This document shows positions 56,701-64,000 of a stretch of DNA of 64,000 nucleotides, one piece after another. This stretch comes from an uncultured Anaerolineae bacterium (GTDB lineage: Bacteria > Chloroflexota > Anaerolineae > Aggregatilineales > UBA3940). Each line of letters opens with the position of its first letter. Positions within the stretch are counted from its first letter, which is position 1. The notes beneath the pieces are model-generated. The model did no database searches, was not told the DNA's origin, and was given only the letters and a program-made list of their open reading frames with translations. The position numbers and the translations under genes are program-made. Location: positions 10,531-74,530 of the forward strand of contig CAZRXG010000008.1 of the NCBI GenBank assembly GCA_964603985.1, written 5' to 3'.

Positions 56701-59100
56701 TTATTGGGCCGAGGTATCAGGTGGTGGCAATGGGAGCGGATCGCTGTGCCGGATGCTTGCCCAGTATTCCTGGTAACTATCGATCTTTTTACCCAGTCTT
56801 TTCACCAGGGATTTTGCTCTCGATATATCCTCTTTTGGAAGCCAAGTACGCTCCCCTATTGTTTCTGCCAGAAACTGCCCAAATGCAAGGAAGCTTGGGT
56901 CTTTGATGACTCCGCTTTCAAATAGAGTGGCAAAAGCCGTAACGTTGTCACATTCAGCACATGCCGCAGCTAGGAAGAAAGCAGACCACTCTGCCTTTTT
57001 CTTCTCCCTTCCGGACAGAGCATCGTAGGATAGAGAGCTATAATGCTCTGCTAGGTCGGAGAGTACGGGGAACAAAGTATTGGATCCTAGGGTTGCGCCC
57101 GCAATGATGCCGAATACTCCAACGAAAAAGAGATGTGGAATAGCTTGCGCCTTGAACTTAGGTTTCTCATCAAGCTCTGCATAGTTGTTGCAGAATTTGT
57201 CCCAAGCTTCGGGAAGCAAGTCAAGCACTTGATTAACCACAGCGGCTTTAACAGTTTTTGGAGCTAGGTACGTGGCCTGAGCTACCATTCCCAGATTCAT
57301 TGAATAAACGAGGACATCGGAAGAAGATGGTGTTACCTGCTCCATAATGCGGTTGAGGTGGTTCTCACTGTCGGGGCACAGACCGCAGGCGAAAAATGTC
57401 GCGTATGACCACCAGGGGTCGAGGAAGTTGTTGACAATAACCTGTTCCGCATCAGGGCGACTATCAATCTCAAGCCCAACAAAATACTCTTGGAACGAGC
57501 GATGTTTAAACTCATAGGCGCCTTCATCGTTTGAAAACAGCAGTTCGGATCGTTCGGTTATCTCCTTGGAAAGGATGGCAGGAATAAGTTCCTCTATGCC
57601 GCGTTCCTGGCTGAACCTCTGCACTTCCTTGTCAAAGTCGGATTGGGTGATCTGTGTCTCGTATTGCTCGTGAATTGACCAACTTATTTTTCGAAGGAAG
57701 AACTGTTTTATCCTCCACTCGATCTGTAACGATATGTCTCTACCCGTGTCCCAGCGGCCTAATGCGAGTTCAACATATTTTGCAAATAACTCAGTCAGAT
57801 TAGCTGGGATCTCTTGACCACTTTCATGTAGGCTGGCTACCAATGCAAGTGTCAGCGGCGTAGAAGGTAGTCCGTGAAGAGCGGTTGGTCCACTTACCAA
57901 CCTCGCCAGCTTCCTGCCAGCCTGACTGTTTTCACCATACCAATTCTCTACAAATTCGATCATCTGCGAGGGGGATAGCTCATTGATCCTGAGAACGCGG
58001 AAACCGGACAGAACAGTTGGCTGATCGAAGATATCTAGTAGCCGTGAAGTTAGGACTATCCTTACGGTGGGATATCTATGACTGAACTCTCGAACGAGGT
58101 TGAGGGTGGTTTCTATGCGCTCCTCAGATTGCAATTCATCCAGACCATCGAGTAACACTATCACGGAGCCTTCTGTCAAATCTTCATCAAGTCCTTGTTC
58201 AGTGCCGACCGAACAAAAGCGATGAAACTGTTGGCTAAGTGCGCTCTCTATAGCTTGAGGGTCAGACAAGTCTAAGTTCTTGAAATTCACCAAAACTGGA
58301 ATTGGGCCTCTCCGAGCAGCTTTCTCGTTGCTCTCAATTATGTGAAGTAGCATTTTCCTTAGAAGTGTCGACTTGCCGGATCCAACATCGCCGAGGATGA
58401 CCGTGTTCTCAGACATCCTCAAGATATTGTTGAAAGAGTACCGCTTTTCGCGTTGTTTAGTTTGCTTTGCGTGTTGTCTTGTGATAGGTGTCAGTACAGG
58501 AGGTACGAAGATCGAAGATACCTGATGCTGCTCACTGGAACAGCCGAGGACTCGCAGTTCTTCTATTCGGCTATAAGTTTCCCAAGTTGATGCATAGTAT
58601 TCAGAAACGTATGGGTCGCGTATGGTAAAGAATGACTTATAATGACGCTCCAAAAGGTCGATAGTAGCATCACCGTCTACGAACTGCACGTTCCTAAAGT
58701 CCTTGTCGAGAGCTGCCATTATTATTGTTTTCGCGTTGTCTGATATGTTTCCTGTTGTCCAGACAATGACTTCATTCACAGGAGCCTTCTGTTTTCCTCT
58801 CACGTCTTCAACTGGAACTTGGAATGCCATATTGATTTGGTCTCTGACGATGGCGAGATTGGCTTTACCTCCTGCTGCTGCACTTATGTCGCCTGCTTTT
58901 GCCACGACTGCATAATACTGCCTGCCTCCGAAGTCAGATGGTTTAGAACATACTATGTCCTTGCCGAATTCTTGGCGTCCATGTGTCTCTTGGACGTTCT
59001 CGTACCCCATTTTAATGAGTAAGGGAACCAATATATCTGCTCGAAACTTGGCCTCGTCAAATTCCCTCAGGATACCTCGCTTCTCTGACTGTGTGATCAC
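56701..59100 (-). CDS. STAND/NACHT NTPase with an N-terminal Mrr-like PD-(D/E)xK nuclease domain and an unassigned C-terminal domain
   Basis: 799 aa. The N-terminus reads LLIKMGYENVQETHGRQEFGKDIV...YYAVVAKAG (PD-(D/E)xK-like). Walker A is GDVGSGKSTLL and Walker B is VIVLLDGLDE, followed by a NACHT-like region. The last ~330 aa are helical with no repeat family I recognise. The start GTG 59100 is preceded by GGGGGTG. The gene is strongly AT-rich relative to its flanks. Confidence 0.88.
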   Translation of the reverse strand: MITQSEKRGILREFDEAKFRADILVPLLIKMGYENVQETHGRQEFGKDIVCSKPSDFGGRQYYAVVAKAGDISAAAGGKANLAIVRDQINMAFQVPVEDVRGKQKAPVNEVIVWTTGNISDNAKTIIMAALDKDFRNVQFVDGDATIDLLERHYKSFFTIRDPYVSEYYASTWETYSRIEELRVLGCSSEQHQVSSIFVPPVLTPITRQHAKQTKQREKRYSFNNILRMSENTVILGDVGSGKSTLLRKMLLHIIESNEKAARRGPIPVLVNFKNLDLSDPQAIESALSQQFHRFCSVGTEQGLDEDLTEGSVIVLLDGLDELQSEERIETTLNLVREFSHRYPTVRIVLTSRLLDIFDQPTVLSGFRVLRINELSPSQMIEFVENWYGENSQAGRKLARLVSGPTALHGLPSTPLTLALVASLHESGQEIPANLTELFAKYVELALGRWDTGRDISLQIEWRIKQFFLRKISWSIHEQYETQITQSDFDKEVQRFSQERGIEELIPAILSKEITERSELLFSNDEGAYEFKHRSFQEYFVGLEIDSRPDAEQVIVNNFLDPWWSYATFFACGLCPDSENHLNRIMEQVTPSSSDVLVYSMNLGMVAQATYLAPKTVKAAVVNQVLDLLPEAWDKFCNNYAELDEKPKFKAQAIPHLFFVGVFGIIAGATLGSNTLFPVLSDLAEHYSSLSYDALSGREKKKAEWSAFFLAAACAECDNVTAFATLFESGVIKDPSFLAFGQFLAETIGERTWLPKEDISRAKSLVKRLGKKIDSYQEYWASIRHSDPLPLPPPDTSAQ

Positions 59101-59168
59101 TTGTCACCCCCAGACGATTGATACAGCCACAAATCAGCCCGTGCTGAACAGAAGGGGCTGTGTTCTTC

Positions 59169-61712
59169 TCAAGTCTGCCCTTTGTTGAAAGGGTACTCCA
59201 GCATCTCGTCGATGTGGTCGCTGACGATGTCCAGTGCCTTGCGCTGCGGCTCCGGGATCTTATCGAGCAGCGCCCAGCGGATGATCTTGCCCACAAACGA
59301 CTTGGGCATCTCGTCGACGATGAACACCAGCGCCGGGATTAACTCTTTGGGCAGGCGGCGGATGCAGTAGTTCGAGATGGTGCCCGGCTCGATGTGGCGC
59401 GTGACGGTGACGAAGGCGACCGCCTTGTTACCCACGCCGATCACAGCCGCCTCCTTGACCTCCGGCAATTCGTACAGCACTTCCTCCACGTCACGCGGGA
59501 AGGCCGGGCGTGGCTCTTTATCCTCTTGCTCCGGGTACCACATATCTTTCTTGCGGCTGATGATCTGGAAGTACCCCTCGGCATCCATACGGGCCACGTC
59601 GCCGGTGTACAGCCAGCCCTCGCGCAGCGCCCGCTCGGACTCTTCGGGCATCCCCCAGTAGCCGTCCATGATCTGCGGCCCCCGGATGACCAGCTCGCCG
59701 ATCTCGCCCGGCGGCAGCGGGTTGTCCGTGCCCAGGTGGATGATCCTGGCCTCGGTGTTGGGCAGCGGGAGTCCGATTGTGCCGACCTTGCGCGCCCCGA
59801 ACAGCGGGTTGGCGTGCGTGACCGGCCCGGCCTCGGTCAGCCCGTAGCCTTCGACCAGACGGCCTTTGGTCAGCTTCTCGAACGTCTCCTGCACCTCGAC
59901 CGGCAGAGGCGCAGCCCCGGAGATGCAGGCTTTGATGCTGCGCACGCCGTAGCGCCGCACGCCGGGGAAGTTGTTGAGTGCCACGTACATGGTCGGGACG
60001 CCGGGGAAGATGGTTGGCCGGTAGCGCTTGATCGCCTTCAACACGTCGGCGGTGACGAAGCCGGGCAGGATGATCATGGCCGCCCCGACCGTTATCGCCA
60101 GGTTCATGGCCGCCGTCATGCCGTAAATGTGGCCGAAGGGCACCACGCACAACACCCGCTCGCGGCCTTCCTCCAGGCCGGGGTACCAGTGCCGCGTCTG
60201 GAAGGCGTTGGCAACCAGCGCGCGGTGGCTGAGCATCACGCCCTTGGGCCGGTCCATCGTGCCGCCGGTGTACTGGATCAGGGCCAGCTTGCGCGGCGAG
60301 ACGTTCACCCCAAGCGGGTTGGCGTGGTAGCTGCGCATCAGGTCGACCCACGTGCGCTCTTCTTCGTGTAGGGGCTGCTCCGGGTGGCGGCTCTCCTCGC
60401 CCCCGAACAGCGCGAGAGCGATCTTGTGCCACCACTTCAGGTAGTCCGTGACGTTGGTGTAGATGACGTGTTCGAGATCTGTCTCGTCGAGCGCCCGGCG
60501 GGCCAGCCCGGCGAAGCGGGGCAGCGTGATCAGGATGTGGGCCTGCGAGTCCTTCACCTCGCGGACGATCTCCTCCGGCGGTGAGATCGGACTGGCTCCC
60601 ACCACCACCCCGCCCGCCTTCAGCACGCCGTACAGCGCGATCACCCACTGGGGCGTGTTGGGCAGCAGGATCATCACCCGTGTGCCGGTGTTGACGCCCA
60701 TGCCCCGCAGCGCGTTCCCCAGCCGGTTCGACTGCCGCTCGACCTGGCGGTAGGTCAGCGTCCGGTTCATGAAGACCGTCGCCGGGCGGTTGGGAAAACG
60801 CCGCGCGGCGCTGGTCAGCAGCGTGTGGAGCGGGCGCTCAGGGATGCTGAGCGTGAACGGCACGCCCTCCTCGTACACTTTGAGCCAGGGCCGCTCGGCC
60901 AGCAGCTTGAGATCCTTCTCAACGTCGTCTCGGCTGGTGCGCCACCGCTCCCCGCCCAGCCCCAGGAAGCGGTTCACCGCCCGCTCGACGGCGTCGTGAC
61001 GCTCCAGAATCACCATGTGTTTCGATACGCCGACGTTCACGTCTTCGGCGTGCGGGATGCGGCGCGCCACCTCCTCGTAAGCGGCGCGCGGGAAGACCAG
61101 GTCGCGGTCGCCCCGGATCACCAGGACCGGCATGGGCAGCTCGCGCATCACCTGCGAGCCATCCCAGCGGGCCAGCCCGTTGCGGAAAAAGCGCTTGATG
61201 ACGGCGGGCGGGGCCGAGATCTGGTGGTGCACGAAAGGCCGGATCAGGTTGAGGATCGCAGTCGGCAGCGCGAGCAGCGCGCGCGTGTAGAAGGGCAGCC
61301 TGAACTTGACGGCGGTTGAGGTCAGGATCAGGTGGCTGACCCGCTCCGGGTAGCGGTGTGCGAAGGTCACCGCCAGCGCCCCGCCGAAGGAGTGCCCCAT
61401 CAGCACGACCGGCTCATTGACGCGCAGTTCGGCCAAGACGGCGGCGATGTCCTCGACCATCTCGTCAACCGTGTACGCGCTCGGCGGCCTGTCCGAGTGC
61501 CCGTGCCCGCGCAGGTCGAGCGCGATGCAGCGGTTCATGTCCGAGAAGGCGCGCAGTTGGTAGATCCACTGCATCGCGTTGCCGCCGAAGCCGTGCACCA
61601 TCATGATTGTGTTGAGCGGGTGCTCCGGTGCGATGTCGATCACGCTCAGCCGGATCGGCGGCTTGCGCGAGGTGGTCACGTCGTGGCGATATAGCTCCAG
61701 GTCGACCTGCAT
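59169..61712 (-). CDS. Fusion protein: N-terminal alpha/beta hydrolase plus C-terminal AMP-dependent acyl-CoA synthetase/ligase
   Basis: The N-terminus has HGFGG, the nucleophile elbow GHSFGG and DLRGHGHSD. The C-terminus has the AMP-binding motifs YTGGTMDRPKG, GYGLTE and TGD. ATG 61712 is preceded by GAGGGGGA. Confidence 0.88.
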   Translation of the reverse strand: MQVDLELYRHDVTTSRKPPIRLSVIDIAPEHPLNTIMMVHGFGGNAMQWIYQLRAFSDMNRCIALDLRGHGHSDRPPSAYTVDEMVEDIAAVLAELRVNEPVVLMGHSFGGALAVTFAHRYPERVSHLILTSTAVKFRLPFYTRALLALPTAILNLIRPFVHHQISAPPAVIKRFFRNGLARWDGSQVMRELPMPVLVIRGDRDLVFPRAAYEEVARRIPHAEDVNVGVSKHMVILERHDAVERAVNRFLGLGGERWRTSRDDVEKDLKLLAERPWLKVYEEGVPFTLSIPERPLHTLLTSAARRFPNRPATVFMNRTLTYRQVERQSNRLGNALRGMGVNTGTRVMILLPNTPQWVIALYGVLKAGGVVVGASPISPPEEIVREVKDSQAHILITLPRFAGLARRALDETDLEHVIYTNVTDYLKWWHKIALALFGGEESRHPEQPLHEEERTWVDLMRSYHANPLGVNVSPRKLALIQYTGGTMDRPKGVMLSHRALVANAFQTRHWYPGLEEGRERVLCVVPFGHIYGMTAAMNLAITVGAAMIILPGFVTADVLKAIKRYRPTIFPGVPTMYVALNNFPGVRRYGVRSIKACISGAAPLPVEVQETFEKLTKGRLVEGYGLTEAGPVTHANPLFGARKVGTIGLPLPNTEARIIHLGTDNPLPPGEIGELVIRGPQIMDGYWGMPEESERALREGWLYTGDVARMDAEGYFQIISRKKDMWYPEQEDKEPRPAFPRDVEEVLYELPEVKEAAVIGVGNKAVAFVTVTRHIEPGTISNYCIRRLPKELIPALVFIVDEMPKSFVGKIIRWALLDKIPEPQRKALDIVSDHIDEMLEYPFNKGQT

Positions 61713-61858
61713 GCGATGGTCCCCCTCTCTGTCCCGTTGTCCTGTTCCTCTGGCGTGTGAGGCATTATAGCATGGGACGCGGTGGGGGAGAATCGGGACA
61801 GCGGGCAGGGGTGTCCTTGGGGCAGGTATGCACGCTGCGTGCCTGCTGTGTTTTGCTC

Positions 61859-61895
61859 TAAAAAGGAGCACCCCGGCCCTCACACCAGGGTGCTC
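61859..61895 (-). terminator. Rho-independent terminator after the MFS gene
   Basis: On the minus strand, the stem GAGCACCC...GGGTGCTC is followed by CTTTTT. Confidence 0.7.
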
Positions 61896-61951
61896 AACGG
61901 ATAGAAGCGACGACAGGCTCCTCAGCCCATATAACGAGGGCGTGTCCCGCT

Positions 61952-63262
61952 CTAACCCCCCGCCTTACCCATCAGCGCGGCGCGCTCGACCAGCGTGGCG
62001 GGCTGACCGGCCCGCTTCTGGAACACCTGCACGTCGATACGCCGCAGTATGACCAGCGAAACCACCAGGAACAGGGCTTCGATCACGAAGACGACCACGT
62101 AGCCGGTGACCGGGCTTGCGACCAGCGCGGTCACGCCGTCGCGCACCACCCCGCTCAGCAGTTGCCCCAGCAGCCGGGCGACCGCGGTAGCCATGCCCCA
62201 CGCCCCGATGAACAGCCCGACGTTCTCGGCGGTCGTCATGTCGAGCATCAGCGAGAGGTTGGAGACGGTCGAGAGGCCGGTGCCGAGTCCCAGCAGGACG
62301 ACGCCGCCGTAAAACACGCCCATGCTGGCGACCGGGCCGCTGAGCGCGATCAGCGCAAACCCGATCAGCGCCCCCCACGCCCCCCAACGCGCCACGCCCT
62401 TCTTGCCGAGGCGGCTCTGTAACGCGCCCGCCAGCACCAACGTGATCAGCATGCACGTGCCCCAGATGGCGGTGATGCGCGTCGTCGCGGCGGGGCTTAA
62501 GCCGAACGCCTGCCCGCCGTAAGGCTCAAGCAGCACGTCCTGCCCCAGGATGGCCGCCAGCAGCACGATCATGTACCAGAAGAAGAGCCGCGCCTGTCGG
62601 TTGTCGAGGATCGCGCGGGTCATGTCCGCCCAGGTGTGCCGCTTCTCGGTGACGGCGGTCCGGGCGTCGAAGCGTGGCTCCAGCCCGATCAGGCCGATCA
62701 CGCCTATCGCCAGCGCCGCGCCGCCCACCAGCCAGAAGGCGCGCACCAGCGCGTCGGGCGTGTAAGGATCGACCAGGTGGCCGACCGTGATGGCCGTCAG
62801 GATGATGCCCACCACCATCATGAAAAACATGGTCGCGATGGTGCGGCTGCGGCCTTTTTCGTCCAACTCCGAGGCGAGCGAGAAGTACGAGACCGCCGCG
62901 AAGTTGTACCCCATGCCCCACGCGCCGAAGGCCGCACCGCTCAACGCCAGGGCGGGCAGCCCGCCGCCCGCCAGCGCGAAGGCCGCCTTCGGCGCGACGA
63001 ACGCGCCCCCGACACACATCAGCAGGCCCAGCACGATGTAGGGCGTGCGTCGCCGCCCCCAGATGGGATGGCGATCCGCGTAGGAGCCAATCGCCACCTG
63101 GATGGGCGAGAAGAAATACGGCAGCGCGACCAGCACCGTCACCAGCGTGGCCGAAAAGCCCAACTCGTGGATCATCACGCGGTTTAGCGTGCTGGTGAAC
63201 GGCACCAGCGTGATCGCCAACGCCGTGTGGATCAGGCCCAACTGCACCCGTTTACGCCACAT
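61952..63262 (-). CDS. BCD/PucC-family MFS transporter
   Basis: Motifs TLNRVMIHELG and SYADRHPIWGRRRTPYI are typical of the PucC/BCD family. It has about 12 TM helices. ATG 63262 is preceded by AAGGAG; the ORF opens at 63346. Confidence 0.85.
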   Translation of the reverse strand: MWRKRVQLGLIHTALAITLVPFTSTLNRVMIHELGFSATLVTVLVALPYFFSPIQVAIGSYADRHPIWGRRRTPYIVLGLLMCVGGAFVAPKAAFALAGGGLPALALSGAAFGAWGMGYNFAAVSYFSLASELDEKGRSRTIATMFFMMVVGIILTAITVGHLVDPYTPDALVRAFWLVGGAALAIGVIGLIGLEPRFDARTAVTEKRHTWADMTRAILDNRQARLFFWYMIVLLAAILGQDVLLEPYGGQAFGLSPAATTRITAIWGTCMLITLVLAGALQSRLGKKGVARWGAWGALIGFALIALSGPVASMGVFYGGVVLLGLGTGLSTVSNLSLMLDMTTAENVGLFIGAWGMATAVARLLGQLLSGVVRDGVTALVASPVTGYVVVFVIEALFLVVSLVILRRIDVQVFQKRAGQPATLVERAALMGKAGG

Positions 63263-63371
63263 TTGAGTCTGACTCCTTTGTTGCCTGCGTCGGGCGGCAA
63301 CTCCACGCCCGTACCCGTGCCGGGGTAGGGGGGCTGTCGCTGCCAACGCACTTCCAACCCGCCCAATCTTA

Positions 63372-63397
63372 ACACAGATTTACACAGTTTTACAGCC
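63372..63397. repeat. 10-nt tandem motif ACACAGATTT|ACACAGTTTT|ACAGCC
   Basis: Read directly. It is intergenic, upstream of the MFS gene. Confidence 0.75.
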
Positions 63398-63718
63398 AGA
63401 ATCTGCATATATTAGGGGTGATATTCGTAACAAATCTATGTAATTCTATCAATATCGCCAGGGCCGGACCATCGTATCCCGCCTTCTCCGGCCCCGCGCA
63501 ACCCGTGACAAACATCAGGCCAGATCGTGACAGGCAACACTACATCGCCCCACCCCCCGACGTTTATACTGCAAGTACATAGTGTGCCCTCCAACATAGC
63601 TACACCTGAGAACAACCGGCGTCGTAAGGTCTTGGGCATCTCTGCGACAGGGCGTTGGTTCGTAAGCAGAACCGCAGGGCTTCCCTGTGGGTCAGATTTG
63701 TATGAGAGGGTGGATCAA

Positions 63719-64000
63719 ATGGTGAACACGCTGGAGAGGGCAAAACAGGACTCTGGCGGGGCGATCCCGCCTGAAAAGCTGGTACATCCCGACGGTGCAA
63801 CGCACAAGAAGACACACCCGCCGCCCCGGGCGCGCACCAACGCCATCATGAAGTCAACATTCCTCGACGACCTGAGAAGAAGCCCCGATGACGATACCCG
63901 CCTCGCTGCCGTCCTCGCGCTGGGTGAGATCGCCGACCCCGGCACCATCCCCGACCTGATCAAGGCACTTTACGACCCCCTGGTTGAAGTCAGGCACCTC
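63719..64000 (+). CDS. HEAT-repeat (PBS-lyase-type) protein, 5' partial, runs off the window
   Basis: Hand-translated as MVNTLERAKQ...DDTRLAAVLALGEIADPGTIPDLIKALYDPLVEVRHL. The RxxAxxALGxIxD pattern is typical of HEAT_PBS repeats. The start is ATG 63719 or ATG 63848. Confidence 0.6.
   Translation, partial: MVNTLERAKQDSGGAIPPEKLVHPDGATHKKTHPPPRARTNAIMKSTFLDDLRRSPDDDTRLAAVLALGEIADPGTIPDLIKALYDPLVEVRHL

Noticed and set aside
5228-59168. Integrase, transposase, inverted terminal repeats or tRNA-linked att sites flanking the four AT-rich islets
   Set aside because: I recognised no recombinase gene and no terminal inverted repeats. Only the short direct repeat around the TetR islet is reported. 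For this reason the islets are not called mobile elements.

Overview
This is a high-GC bacterial chromosomal window, judged by eye rather than computed. I call about 60 protein-coding genes, and most genes after 8.9 kb are on the minus strand. The gene content suggests a Chloroflexota-like Terrabacteria lineage: an archaeal-type ProRS, a T-box leader, a DUF2029/GT87 membrane glycosyltransferase, and O-antigen-ligase/TPR fusions. That taxonomic placement is inference only.

Housekeeping genes include grpE-dnaK, tex, murE, trxA, proS, T-box-controlled trpS-trpB2, rpsA-rpsU-infA, prmA, dnaJ, rnhB, cobB, a UDG, tal and an nfo-like gene. A roughly 15-kb envelope polysaccharide cluster spans 30.6-45.4 kb. 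It carries GT87, a Wzy-like ligase with TPR repeats, an RmlA-like enzyme, creatininase, a BY-kinase, two Wzz genes, GT4, two GT2 genes, a HAD hydrolase and RfbD, with dnaJ and rnhB embedded among them.

Four visibly AT-richer islets interrupt the high-GC background:
- 5.2-7.05 kb: TetR, a DUF4405-like membrane protein and a ferredoxin. The islet is bounded by the direct repeat TTGCGCGGATT and carries a 19-nt operator in two orientations.
- 10.6-12.4 kb: a 574-aa protein with a coiled-coil N-terminus and a C-terminal Mrr-type PD-(D/E)xK nuclease.
- 13.5-14.1 kb: a YcxB-like membrane protein.
- 56.64-59.16 kb: a 799-aa protein with an N-terminal PD-(D/E)xK nuclease, a NACHT/STAND NTPase and an unassigned C-terminal domain.

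The last two nuclease genes are the best candidates for novel or under-described defence-type systems.

I also see:
- a strand-consistent family of short 9-nt tandem motifs ending in GATTT(T) in intergenic regions;
- a 15-bp tandem repeat at the window start;
- a duplicated hairpin module at the murE 3' end.

No rRNA, tRNA, CRISPR array, transposase or integrase was recognised. Start codons in this high-GC sequence are often ambiguous. Many long ORFs in the six-frame track are antisense shadows and were not called.
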